Assembly (NCBI GenBank): GCA_046754065.1
Contig: JBHHVB010000008.1
Span: 2,497-66,496, forward strand
Direction of reading: 5' to 3'
Length of the DNA stretch: 64,000 nucleotides
Origin: Gammaproteobacteria bacterium
GTDB lineage: Bacteria; Pseudomonadota; Gammaproteobacteria; SZUA-140
A model generated the notes under the pieces. The model ran no database searches. It saw nothing but the letters and a program-made list of their open reading frames with translations, and had not been told where the DNA came from. Shown here in pieces: positions 32,215-41,254 of the stretch (positions within the stretch are counted from its first letter, which is position 1; each line of letters opens with the position of its first letter). Both the position numbers and the translations under genes were made by a program.

Positions 32215-33354
32215 ATGCCAATACGTGTGGCTGTGCCAAAAGAATCGTTTGCAGGTGAGAATCGCATTGCGTTGGTTCCCGATGTGATTGCCCGACTGAG
32301 TAAGCAGGGTTGTGATATCGTGATCGAAAAAGGTGCAGGTGAAAACGCCTTTTTTACCGATGAGATGCTGGAAAATTCAGGTGCAAGACTTGTCGAGTCA
32401 GATATGCTTTATGGTGAGGCAGATCTCGTTGTCCGGGTCCAACCACCAACCATCGAGGAAATCGACAGGATAAATGAATCAGGTATTCTTATATCATTTT
32501 TACAGCCTCATCGCCATCCGGATGAAGTGGCAAAACTACGTGATCGCAATATCACCAGCTTTGCGATGGAACTGGTGCCCAGAATTACCAGGGCACAGTC
32601 GATGGATGCGCTGTCTTCTCAGGCGACAGTTGCGGGTTATAAGGCAGTTTTAATTGCGGCGGAACGTTCCAGCAAGTTTTTTCCCATGTTAACCACGGCG
32701 GCCGGGACGATCCGGCCAGCCAGGGTTCTGATACTGGGTGCAGGCGTGGCTGGACTGCAGGCGATTGCGACTGCACGTCGTCTTGGAGCGATAGTGGAGG
32801 CCTATGATGTGCGTCGAGCTGCGAGAGAGCAGGTTGAATCACTGGGTGCAAAATTTCTCCAGGTCGAAATGGATGCGGAAGCGGAAGGTGGCTATGCTCG
32901 CGAGTTAAACGAGGAAGAAAAACAGCGCGAACGCGAAATGCTGATTACCAGTATTGGTGAAGCTGACGTTGTGATTACCACGGCGCAAATTCCTGGTAGG
33001 GATGCGCCTCGCCTCATAGGAAAAGAAATGGTTGCAGAAATGAAGCCCGGTGCTGTCATCATTGATTTGGCCGCTGAATCAGGCGGTAACTGTGAACTGA
33101 CACAGGCCGGTCAGGAGGTTAGCCACAATGGTATATTGATTTGTGGTCCGGTCAATATTTCCAGCACAATCCCTGTGCACGCCAGTGAGATGTATGCAAA
33201 GAATGTATTGAATTTACTGGCGCTTATAACCAAAGATGGTGAATTGCTTGAACTGGACTGGGAAGATGAGATTCTATCCGGCAGTGTGCTGACACATGAT
33301 CGTCAAATTAAGCATGAACCAACTCAACAGCTTGTAGAAGGAGGTGCATCGTGA
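32215..33354 (+). CDS. pntA: NAD(P) transhydrogenase alpha subunit, part 1 (soluble domain I)
   Basis: ENRIALVP, RITRAQSMDALSSQ, GAGVAGLQA, DLAAESGGNC. Confidence 0.95.
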   Translation: MPIRVAVPKESFAGENRIALVPDVIARLSKQGCDIVIEKGAGENAFFTDEMLENSGARLVESDMLYGEADLVVRVQPPTIEEIDRINESGILISFLQPHRHPDEVAKLRDRNITSFAMELVPRITRAQSMDALSSQATVAGYKAVLIAAERSSKFFPMLTTAAGTIRPARVLILGAGVAGLQAIATARRLGAIVEAYDVRRAAREQVESLGAKFLQVEMDAEAEGGYARELNEEEKQREREMLITSIGEADVVITTAQIPGRDAPRLIGKEMVAEMKPGAVIIDLAAESGGNCELTQAGQEVSHNGILICGPVNISSTIPVHASEMYAKNVLNLLALITKDGELLELDWEDEILSGSVLTHDRQIKHEPTQQLVEGGAS

Positions 33355-33647
33355 TTGAAGGTGCATGGGCTGCATTATTTATATTTGTATTGGCTGGTTT
33401 CACCGGTTATGAGGTCATTAGCCGGGTACCATCTATACTTCATACGCCATTGATGTCAGGTTCCAACTTTGTTCATGGTATCGTGCTGGTTGGTGCCATG
33501 GTCGCACTTGGTCATGCTGACACTATACTCGAACAGGTCATTGGTTTTATCGGTGTTGCGCTTGGAGCTGGGAATGCAGCGGGCGCATATGTTGTAACCG
33601 AGAGAATGCTTGAGATGTTTGAAGAAAAGAAGAAGAAGGGGGCCTGA
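33351..33647 (+). CDS. NAD(P) transhydrogenase alpha subunit, part 2 (membrane)
   Basis: VPSILHTPLMSGSN, VTERMLEMF. Confidence 0.93.
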   Translation: MIEGAWAALFIFVLAGFTGYEVISRVPSILHTPLMSGSNFVHGIVLVGAMVALGHADTILEQVIGFIGVALGAGNAAGAYVVTERMLEMFEEKKKKGA

Positions 33648-33649
33648 TT

Positions 33650-35014
33650 GTGGAACATCTGATTCAAGCAGCCTATTTCGTAACAGTCATCCTGTTCATA
33701 ATGGGGCTCAAACGCATGAGCTCTCCGGTAACAGCGCGTAGCGGTATTGTATGGGCTGGTGCTGCAATGGCAATAGCGGTGATTGTGACCTTGTTCTGGC
33801 CCGGTATGCACAATATTATCTTAATGCTAATCGCCATAGCCATTGGTGGATCGGCAGCATGGATAAGTGGCAAGAAGGTCGAGATGACCGGGATGCCACA
33901 AATGGTCGCAATCTATAATGGTGTCGGCGGTGGTGCCGCCGGTGCTATTGCCGCAGTTGAACTGTTAAGAGGCGATATCCATGGTACCGGTATGATCATG
34001 CTGGCTGTAGGTGGTGGGCTAATCGGTGCGGTTGCATTTAGCGGTAGTATGGTCGCGTTCTCGAAACTGCAGGGTCTTTTAACTGGCCGTCCGATAACAT
34101 TCATCATGCAGCAGAAGCTGAACATCGCTGTCTTCATTTTAATGTTATTGTTGGCGATTGGATTATTAACCGATAATAGTGTGTCGTTAATTCTGGTATT
34201 TTTCCTCGTAGCACTGGTTTTCGGTGTGTTGATGACATTACCCATTGGTGGTGCAGACATGCCGGTTGTTATCTCGCTTTACAACGCATTAACCGGTATG
34301 GCAGTCGGGTTTGAAGGCTTTGCGATTGGAAACGCAGCGATGATTATCGCCGGAACTGTCGTCGGTTCTGCCGGTACCTTGTTAACACAATTAATGTCCA
34401 GGGCAATGAACCGTCCATTGAGCAATATCCTTTTCGGCGGCTTTGGTAAGGATGTAGAACAGGGGCAAGGCGAAATTGAAGGATCTCTTAAACCGACTTC
34501 AGCTGAAGACGCTGCGATAATGATGGCCTATGCATCAAAAGTGATTATCGTAACCGGGTACGGGATGGCTGTCGGTCAGGCGCAACATAAGGTGCGTGAA
34601 TTAACAGATTTGCTGGAGGCCAAGGGCGTCGATGTAAAATTTGCGATTCACCCGGTCGCAGGGCGCATGCCCGGTCATATGAACGTGTTACTCGCTGAAG
34701 CTGGCATACCCTATGACAAGTTGTATGACCTTGAAGAAATCAATGCAGATTTTCCGGCTACCGATGTGTCGTTAGTGATCGGTGCGAACGACGTAGTAAA
34801 CCCAAGGGCGCGTAGTGATTCATCAAGCCCTATTTATGGCATGCCCATTCTGGATGTCGATAAGTCCGAGAACGTGCTTGTTATCAAACGCGGCAAGGGG
34901 ACGGGATTCGCTGGTATAGAAAATGAACTTTTTTACCAGGACAATACACGAATGCTCTATGGTGATGCACAGTCCATGGTAAATGAGCTGGTTCAGCAGG
35001 TTAAACAGCTTTAG
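33650..35014 (+). CDS. pntB: NAD(P) transhydrogenase beta subunit
   Basis: GGADMPVVIS, HPVAGRMPGHMNVLLAEA, GANDVVNP. Confidence 0.96.
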   Translation: MEHLIQAAYFVTVILFIMGLKRMSSPVTARSGIVWAGAAMAIAVIVTLFWPGMHNIILMLIAIAIGGSAAWISGKKVEMTGMPQMVAIYNGVGGGAAGAIAAVELLRGDIHGTGMIMLAVGGGLIGAVAFSGSMVAFSKLQGLLTGRPITFIMQQKLNIAVFILMLLLAIGLLTDNSVSLILVFFLVALVFGVLMTLPIGGADMPVVISLYNALTGMAVGFEGFAIGNAAMIIAGTVVGSAGTLLTQLMSRAMNRPLSNILFGGFGKDVEQGQGEIEGSLKPTSAEDAAIMMAYASKVIIVTGYGMAVGQAQHKVRELTDLLEAKGVDVKFAIHPVAGRMPGHMNVLLAEAGIPYDKLYDLEEINADFPATDVSLVIGANDVVNPRARSDSSSPIYGMPILDVDKSENVLVIKRGKGTGFAGIENELFYQDNTRMLYGDAQSMVNELVQQVKQL

Positions 35015-35033
35015 CTGTAAATTTTGTTTTAAT

Positions 35034-35065
35034 AAAAAAGCCCGCGATGAATCGCGGGCTTTTTT
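35034..35065. terminator. Bidirectional terminator
   Basis: AAAAAAGCCCGCGAT-ga-ATCGCGGGCTTTTTT between convergent genes. Confidence 0.9.
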
Positions 35066-35089
35066 ATGTCCGGAAAATTCACAAATTGA

Positions 35090-35350
35090 TCATTCCTTGT
35101 TATTTGTCATTTCCTTATCGATAGTTTGCTGAATTCTTTGCCGAGCATCCTCTGGGAGATTCAAGGTATCGGGCATATCATTTTGAATTAACCTGTCAGT
35201 GGCTTGATGAATTATCTTTATCTGTGTCGCATAGCGTGCGCACATCCGGCATATAAATAAATGAAACTTAAGTGCAATGTGCTCCTTAAAAGATAGTGGC
35301 CTGTCAATCATGTCCGAAGCCAGTTTTGATGCTTGTTTACAAGATAACAT
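35090..35350 (-). CDS. zf-HC2 (ZAS) anti-sigma factor
   Basis: C..AS.L.S...D..L, HLFICRMC (HxxxCxxC); overlaps the sigma stop codon. Confidence 0.88.
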   Translation of the reverse strand: MLSCKQASKLASDMIDRPLSFKEHIALKFHLFICRMCARYATQIKIIHQATDRLIQNDMPDTLNLPEDARQRIQQTIDKEMTNNKE

Positions 35351-35931
35351 TATTTCTCAGATCCAGTCGTTTCGTTGCCAAACCAGTTGGCCTCAAGGCA
35401 TTGACGCAGGCGCATGCGCGATCTTGAAAGCATCACCCACATGTTGTTAGTAGTAGAAATATCCAAAACCTTACAGACCTCTTTGCTTGGTAGCCCGTTA
35501 ATCTCTCTGAGAACGAATAAATCCGCTAAATGATCGGGCAGGTTTTGTATACAGCGTTGAAATACCTGCCAAAATTCCTTTTTCTCAAGATCGCTATCCG
35601 GGTTTGCCCATTCTTTTAGGGCAACATTCCAGTGCCCACGATGGTCAAATTTGTCCTCCTGAGTATCGCGGGCTAGATCAATATTCTCAATCTGAGTCTC
35701 GTACTTGTGCTTGCGAAAGTGGTCGACCATCTTGTGTTTGAGAATGCCTATTAGCCAGGTTTTTTCAGATGATTGTCCGGCAAACCGTTTGCTCGCTTTA
35801 AGTGCTGCTAGCAAAGTTTCCTGTACCAGATCCTCAGCCAGCGCAGGTTCGCGAACCCGCATCAATGCGTATCGATACAAAGCATCGCCGTATTGCGTTA
35901 CCCAACTGGTTGGATCTGTTGATGTGTGCAT
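35350..35931 (-). CDS. ECF sigma-70 factor
   Basis: AEDLVQETLL, TWLIGILKHK, WVMLSRSRMRLRQCL...WF. Confidence 0.9.
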   Translation of the reverse strand: MHTSTDPTSWVTQYGDALYRYALMRVREPALAEDLVQETLLAALKASKRFAGQSSEKTWLIGILKHKMVDHFRKHKYETQIENIDLARDTQEDKFDHRGHWNVALKEWANPDSDLEKKEFWQVFQRCIQNLPDHLADLFVLREINGLPSKEVCKVLDISTTNNMWVMLSRSRMRLRQCLEANWFGNETTGSEK

Positions 35932-36037
35932 AAAGATTCTGAGTGATGGCTCCGCTGTGTGCGACAGGATAACACCGTAGCGGATGGCAGTAAAATTGAA
36001 CCGGCGGCAAAGGTTGTCTCGCAATATACAGCTATAT

Positions 36038-37480
36038 TCAGTTTCCTCGTAAACGAAAGATTCGTTTAATCCATTTTCTGGTCAATGGTGTCAGATTTTT
36101 CTTCATGCGTTCATCTGATATGCGGTGATTTATCTGTGCTAGCGTGGGATAAATGTGAATAACACCAGACAAATCTGAAGCTTTCATTTTCATTGCTAAG
36201 GCTAATGTGTATTCATGAATGAGTTCTCCGGCATGTGAACCAACCAGTGCGGCACCGAGCAGTCTGCCTTTTTTATTGGTGATGATCTTGCCAAATCCGG
36301 TGGTATCTCCATCGGTCTGGGCTCGATCTATATCTTCAAACGGAAACTTGTAACATCTGTAGTCGATTTTTTGCTGTCGAGCTTCTTCTTCTGACAGTCC
36401 CACTCGAGCCAGTTCAGGATCAGTGAAGGTGCACCACGGGATGACTCTTTTTTCAATTTTTGCAGGCAACCTGAACAGGGTGTTTCGCAATACGATGCCG
36501 GCATGGTGTTCTGCCATATGAGTGAATTGGTGCGAACCGGTAATATCTCCGCATGCAAAGATACGTCTGTTCGATGTGCGCAGGCGATCATCAGTAACGA
36601 TATGGCCATGCTCAACTTCGATACCTGCTGCGTCGAGTCCCAGATTATCTACATTGGATTTCCGCCCTGTCGCGACCAGCAGGTGTGTCGCCTTTATCGT
36701 CTGCACCTGATTGTTTTCTTTTGAGGTAAAGGTTAGGCGGATATTTTCCGTAGAACCCTCAATTCTTTCTATATTATTGTTTTGGTAAAATCGGATGTTT
36801 TCATTTTTTAACCTTTCTTTGACCACGTCTGCAAGATCATGATCTTCTTTCGGTAAGATCCGCGTTCCGCGTTGCACAACGGTCACGTCAGAACCCAGGC
36901 GAGAGAAAGCCTGGGCCATTTCAAGACCAATTGGACCAGTTCCCAAAACGAGCAGATGTGGAACGGGTTCATCGCTAGAGAATATCGTTTCATTAGTGAG
37001 ATACGGTGTATTATTGATGCCATCAATCGAGGGTATTGCTGGACGGGAGCCGGTTGCTATGACGAAATGTCGTGCTGTGATCGTTCGGCCATTCACCTCG
37101 AAAGTGGAGGGGGAAGTAAATTGTCCTGCGCCAAAGATAACATCAATACCCATAGCGCGAAATCGATCGGGGCTATCGTGGACCTCGATTGTTTTGATCA
37201 CCTGTGAGACGCGTTGCATAATATCAGGCAGACTGATTTCAGGATGATGAGGTGTAATGCCGAATCGTTGACTGTCACGCATGGTGTTTGCGACCTTTGC
37301 GCTGTTTAGCAACGTCTTGCTGGGCACACAGCCATAATGCAGGCAGTCACCGCCTAGCGCGTTCTTTTCAATCAGCGCAACCTTGGCGCCTAGCGATGCA
37401 CCGCCAGCCGCGACGACAAGACCACCGGCGCCGCCGCCGATGACGCACAGATCAAATTCAGGTGTTTTCATTAGAAGCAT
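36038..37480 (-). CDS. Class I pyridine nucleotide-disulfide oxidoreductase (mercuric-reductase/LpdA-like, no MerA C-terminal CC)
   Basis: GGGAGG, GGDCLHYGCVPSK, FTH.A, TDPE, HIYPT. Confidence 0.85.
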   Translation of the reverse strand: MLLMKTPEFDLCVIGGGAGGLVVAAGGASLGAKVALIEKNALGGDCLHYGCVPSKTLLNSAKVANTMRDSQRFGITPHHPEISLPDIMQRVSQVIKTIEVHDSPDRFRAMGIDVIFGAGQFTSPSTFEVNGRTITARHFVIATGSRPAIPSIDGINNTPYLTNETIFSSDEPVPHLLVLGTGPIGLEMAQAFSRLGSDVTVVQRGTRILPKEDHDLADVVKERLKNENIRFYQNNNIERIEGSTENIRLTFTSKENNQVQTIKATHLLVATGRKSNVDNLGLDAAGIEVEHGHIVTDDRLRTSNRRIFACGDITGSHQFTHMAEHHAGIVLRNTLFRLPAKIEKRVIPWCTFTDPELARVGLSEEEARQQKIDYRCYKFPFEDIDRAQTDGDTTGFGKIITNKKGRLLGAALVGSHAGELIHEYTLALAMKMKASDLSGVIHIYPTLAQINHRISDERMKKNLTPLTRKWIKRIFRLRGN

Positions 37481-37679
37481 GGCTAAAAATATTTTTAGTT
37501 GGATTAGTAAGTAGTCGTAAAAACGATTAAATAGTTACATGGAACTGTATTGGAATAGGAAATATTCAGCTAGATTCAGGCTCAGGTTCTGCTTAGGAAA
37601 GCTGGTTGTCTGTAGCCGATTAGTCAGCGGGTGCAGTTCAATGGTAGAAAGGGAGCTTCCCAAGCTCTTAATGTGGGTT

Positions 37680-37754
37680 AATCCACCACATCCCTGTGGC
37701 GTACCCTTTGCAGGGCAACCTTCGGCTGTTCCGTTTCATTCCAGGTGAAACGGT
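37680..37754 (+). mobile_element. 75-nt structured T-loop insertion element (variant A)
   Basis: Hairpins CCACA/TGTGG, CCCT/AGGG, CAACC/GGCTG, CCGTTTCA-ttccagg-TGAAACGG, ends GGT. Confidence 0.6.
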
Positions 37755-37825
37755 GATGTCGGCCTTCCATGGCCGCTAGCCTGCTGGCAGCTAAAGCTGT
37801 CCCATTTTGTTCCGGACAAAATGGT
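37755..37825 (+). mobile_element. 71-nt structured T-loop insertion element (variant B)
   Basis: GATGTC start; GGCC/GGCC, GCC/GGC, CAGC-taaa-GCTG, CCATTTTG-ttccgga-CAAAATGG, ends GGT. Confidence 0.6.
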
Positions 37826-37864
37826 CGATTCCCGTTAATATGACGGGAATCCGGTGTTTCAAAA

Positions 37865-37996
37865 GCGGGTGTAGTTCAGTGGTAGAACGGGAGCTTCCCA
37901 AGCTCTTAATGTGGGTTGATGTCAGCCATCCCTGACTTCCACCCTTCGGGCAGCTAAAGCTGTCCCATTTTGTTCCGGACAAAATGGTCGATTCCC
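37865..37996 (+). pseudogene. Second tRNA-Gly(CCC) copy with one 71-nt T-loop insert
   Basis: Exact 53 nt 5' part 37865-37917, insert 37918-37988, CGATTCCC, no acceptor 3' strand. Confidence 0.8.
37918..37988 (+). mobile_element. 71-nt structured T-loop insertion element (variant C)
   Basis: GTCAG-ccatcc-CTGAC, CCC-ttc-GGG, CAGC-taaa-GCTG, CCATTTTG-ttccgga-CAAAATGG-T. Confidence 0.6.
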
Positions 37997-38027
37997 GTTA
38001 ATATGACGGGAATCCGGTGTTTCAAAA

Positions 38028-38101
38028 GCGGGTGTAGTTCAGTGGTAGAACGGGAGCTTCCCAAGCTCTTAATGTGGGTTCGATTCCCATCACCCGCTCC
38101 A
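38028..38101 (+). tRNA. tRNA-Gly(CCC), intact
   Basis: 74 nt GCGGGTGTAGTTCAGTGGTAGAACG..TT-CCC-AA..GTGGGTTCGATTCCCATCACCCGCTCCA. Confidence 0.96.
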
Positions 38102-38102
38102 G

Positions 38103-38975
38103 TTAATTCAAAAAGACCGAGCGCGCATCAAACACCGGGCCATCTACGCAAACACGCTTCATTGCAGGACCATCTTCGGTCATGACCTTTACCGTGCAAC
38201 CGGCGCAACCGCCTACCGCACAAGCCATCAATTCCTCAAGTGATACCTGACATGGTAGCCGATAGTCGTTAGCCAGTTTGGCAACCGCTTCCAGCATCGG
38301 GTGAGGACCGCAGGAGAAGATTTCAACTTCTTGCCGTTGTTCATCGGCCAATGCGTCGAGCCAGTTCCGAGCAAGGTCGGTGATGTAGCCGTCAAAGCAG
38401 CCCGGGTAACCCTGAAGACTTGTCAGGCGACAGGGGATTTGCCAGTCCTCCAGTAGTGGCATAGAGGCAATGACACCATCAGGCATTCCCGGAATCATGA
38501 TATGAGACGGGCGTAGCGTAAACGGAAATGGTACCTCGGAGCCTATCATAACCATGGGATTAAGCTGCCCGTTAAATTTCCTGCATTCGTCTGCCAGATA
38601 AATCATCGGTGGCATACCGATGCCACCACCCAGCAGTAGCGGACGTGGCCTGTTTTCGTGCAATACAAACGGATTGCCTATCGGGCCCAGTATGCTGATC
38701 TTCTCCCCTTTATTTCGTTGGGAAAGTAACAGGGTGCCCTCACCAAAAACGCGATACATTAGCTCTATCCAGCCGGTTTCCGTGTTTGCGCGCAAAATGG
38801 ATATCGGGCGCCTCATCGGCAGTTGCGAGTTGGTCTGAATATGGACAAAGCTTCCCGGTTTTGCCAGCCCGGCTATTTCCGGTGCATGCAGACGAATCAC
38901 AAACTGGTTTCCATCATAAGGGATGTGATCGAGTATTTCACAATCGGTTACTCGAATTGTGTTTCGATGATTCAT
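38103..38975 (-). CDS. pyrK: Dihydroorotate dehydrogenase electron transfer subunit
   Basis: RRPISI, GPIGN.F, GGGIG, CGP..ML, MACAVGGCAGC..VCVDGPVF. Confidence 0.88.
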   Translation of the reverse strand: MNHRNTIRVTDCEILDHIPYDGNQFVIRLHAPEIAGLAKPGSFVHIQTNSQLPMRRPISILRANTETGWIELMYRVFGEGTLLLSQRNKGEKISILGPIGNPFVLHENRPRPLLLGGGIGMPPMIYLADECRKFNGQLNPMVMIGSEVPFPFTLRPSHIMIPGMPDGVIASMPLLEDWQIPCRLTSLQGYPGCFDGYITDLARNWLDALADEQRQEVEIFSCGPHPMLEAVAKLANDYRLPCQVSLEELMACAVGGCAGCTVKVMTEDGPAMKRVCVDGPVFDARSVFLN

Positions 38976-38981
38976 TAGTGT

Positions 38982-40259
38982 CTAGGCTCGCTCATATACC
39001 AGCTTTCCTGCCGATAACGTATACCTGACCTGGCCAGCAAACTCCCAATCCACAAACGGTGTGTTCTTGCCCTGGCTAACGATATCCTTTTCATGAAAGA
39101 TCCAATGTTGGTCAGGATCAAAAATACAAATATCAGCACACTCGCCAACGGTTAATGTTCCCGTATCCAGCCCCAGAATTTGTGACGGGTTGCATGTGAG
39201 GCTGGCAATCGCCTGGTTCAGGGACAAGTGCCCGTTATGATATAGGTGCAAGGTCAATGGTAGAAGCGTTTCCAGAGTGCTCATTCCTGGTGCGGCGACG
39301 CTGAAGGGAGCCAGTTTTGCATCTCGTTCATGGGGTTGATGATCAGAACAGATGGCAGAGATAGCACCACTGCCTACGGCCTTGCGTAGCCCCTCGAGAT
39401 CGCGCTGCGTACGCAGTGGTGGGCGTACATGACAGCGGCTATCAAAATCAAGAATATCGTTTTCTGTTAAATGCAATTGATGAGCACAAACATCAGCCGT
39501 GACTGAAAGTCCGTCATGTTGCGCGCGTGCGATCATATACGCCGAGCGTTTGCATGAAATAAGTGAAAAATGGGCGCGGATGCCAATCTGTTCAATTAAT
39601 GCGAGGCAGCTGGCAACCGCCACGGTCTCGGCCGCTTCCGGGATACCGGGTAATCCCAGTCGTGTTGCAACGGGTCCTTCATTCGCACTTCCGTTGTTGC
39701 ACAATGCATGATCTTCAGGATTGATAAATACGGTGAGATCATGGGTGGCCGCATATTCCATGGCTCGCCGCATGATCAGCGTGTTGGCAACCGGATACAT
39801 CGCATTGGTTACACCCACGCAACCAGCGGTCTTTAGTGCATGCATTTCGCTAAGGTGCGTTCCGTTCAGATTTTGCGTCAGCGCACCCAACGGAAGTACT
39901 CTTGCGAATCCGGCCTCTTCAGCGCGACGCTGAATCAATGTGGCGACAGCTGGTGTATCAACGACTGGATCAGTGTCGGGTGGACAGCAGAGCGTCGTAA
40001 TACCTGCACTGACTGCAGCACGGGTCTCGCTCGCTATTGTTGCCTTGTTTTCCAGGCCAGGTTCCCGGCAATGCGCGCGCAAATCGACAACGCCCGGGCA
40101 AACAACCAGTCCTGTGGCATCAATTATTTTTTCTGTAACGAACCCGTCAGGCGAATGGTCGATCGCAGCAATTTCCCCGTTGGAGATAAACAGGTCAGTG
40201 GTTTTATCAATCTGGTTTGCCGGATCAATGACATGACCGTTTTTTACATGGATATGCAT
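38982..40259 (-). CDS. pyrC: Dihydroorotase-like protein, probably inactive PyrC'
   Basis: DLRAHCREPG (first His of HxH lost), SDHQPH, KNTPF; coupled to pyrB. Confidence 0.88.
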   Translation of the reverse strand: MHIHVKNGHVIDPANQIDKTTDLFISNGEIAAIDHSPDGFVTEKIIDATGLVVCPGVVDLRAHCREPGLENKATIASETRAAVSAGITTLCCPPDTDPVVDTPAVATLIQRRAEEAGFARVLPLGALTQNLNGTHLSEMHALKTAGCVGVTNAMYPVANTLIMRRAMEYAATHDLTVFINPEDHALCNNGSANEGPVATRLGLPGIPEAAETVAVASCLALIEQIGIRAHFSLISCKRSAYMIARAQHDGLSVTADVCAHQLHLTENDILDFDSRCHVRPPLRTQRDLEGLRKAVGSGAISAICSDHQPHERDAKLAPFSVAAPGMSTLETLLPLTLHLYHNGHLSLNQAIASLTCNPSQILGLDTGTLTVGECADICIFDPDQHWIFHEKDIVSQGKNTPFVDWEFAGQVRYTLSAGKLVYERA

Positions 40260-41248
40260 TATCTGTTCTCTTGCAAATTTTGCTCGGGGCTGCTGTACAT
40301 CGCCATGGACATCACTGCCATTCGAACAGCGATGCCATGCGATACCTGTTCCAGAATCAGTGATCGATCTCCATCAGCAATGGCTGAATCAATTTCTACG
40401 CCGCGATTGATGGGGCCGGGATGCATGACGATGACATCGGTATGAGCAAATTTCAGTTTGTCTTCTGTTAACCCATACAGCTGATAGTACTCATGCTCGC
40501 TTGGCAGCATTGCGCCTTGCATACGTTCTCGCTGCAAACGCAACATAATAACAACATCAATATCTCTGAGCCCTTGCTTGAGGTCGTGATACACATGTAC
40601 ACCCAGCGATTCCACATCGCCCGGTAATAGTGTTTTGGGGGATATAACTCGAACTTCTTCTACACCGAGTGTATTAAGTGCATGAATTTGTGAGCGAGCG
40701 ACACGCGAGTGCATGATGTCGCCGACAATGGCTACTCGCAATTTATAAAAGTCCTGTTTATGGCGTCTAATCGTAAACATATCAAGCATTGCCTGCGTAG
40801 GATGGGCGTGCCGTCCATCGCCGGCATTAACCACGCTGATATGTGGCGCGGCATTTTTTGCGATAAAATGTGCTGCGCCGCTGTTGGGGTGTCGCACAAC
40901 AAACATATCACAGTGCATCGCTTCAAGGTTGCGAATGGTGTCCAGCAGTGTTTCTCCCTTGCTCGTTGCAGATGCTGCAATATTAATATTGAGCACGTCG
41001 GCTGATAGTCGCTTTGCGGCCAGTTCGAATGTGGTTCGGGTGCGGGTACTGTTTTCGAAAAACAGGTTAACAATGGTTTTACCGCGTAGTAGCGGAACCT
41101 TTTTAACGCTTTGTTCGGTGACGCTGGTAAACGATTCTGCAGCATCAAGAATATCCATCAACATCTGTCGTTTCAGACCCTCAATCGTCAAAAAATGGCA
41201 AAGTTTTCCATTTTGATCGAGTTGAAGATTATTGATGCTCTTATTCAT
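40259..41248 (-). CDS. pyrB: Aspartate carbamoyltransferase catalytic subunit
   Basis: [29 protein letters not shown]. Confidence 0.98.
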   Translation of the reverse strand: MNKSINNLQLDQNGKLCHFLTIEGLKRQMLMDILDAAESFTSVTEQSVKKVPLLRGKTIVNLFFENSTRTRTTFELAAKRLSADVLNINIAASATSKGETLLDTIRNLEAMHCDMFVVRHPNSGAAHFIAKNAAPHISVVNAGDGRHAHPTQAMLDMFTIRRHKQDFYKLRVAIVGDIMHSRVARSQIHALNTLGVEEVRVISPKTLLPGDVESLGVHVYHDLKQGLRDIDVVIMLRLQRERMQGAMLPSEHEYYQLYGLTEDKLKFAHTDVIVMHPGPINRGVEIDSAIADGDRSLILEQVSHGIAVRMAVMSMAMYSSPEQNLQENR

Positions 41249-41254
41249 GGTTGC

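Larger units (their letters stand above)
37627..37833 (+). pseudogene. Degenerate tRNA-Gly(CCC) copy with two tandem inserts in the T-loop
   Basis: 53 nt of tRNA 5' part (3 mismatches) 37627-37679, inserts 37680-37825, CGATTCCC 37826-37833, no 3' acceptor strand. Confidence 0.8.
37786..38080 (+). repeat. 132-bp exact direct repeat, period 163 (37786-37917 and 37949-38080)
   Basis: GGCAGCTAAAGCTG...TTCAAAA-GCGGGTGTAG...GTGGGTT present twice. Confidence 0.9.

Noticed and set aside
36038-37480. merA mercury resistance
   Set aside because: No C-terminal vicinal CC pair, no NmerA domain and no mer genes nearby.
37627-38101. CRISPR array or prophage att site
   Set aside because: The repeats are tRNA 5' halves, the spacers are related to each other, and no cas or integrase gene is present in the window.
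39840-40445. 201-aa + strand ORF
   Set aside because: Antisense to pyrC'/pyrB; shadow ORF.
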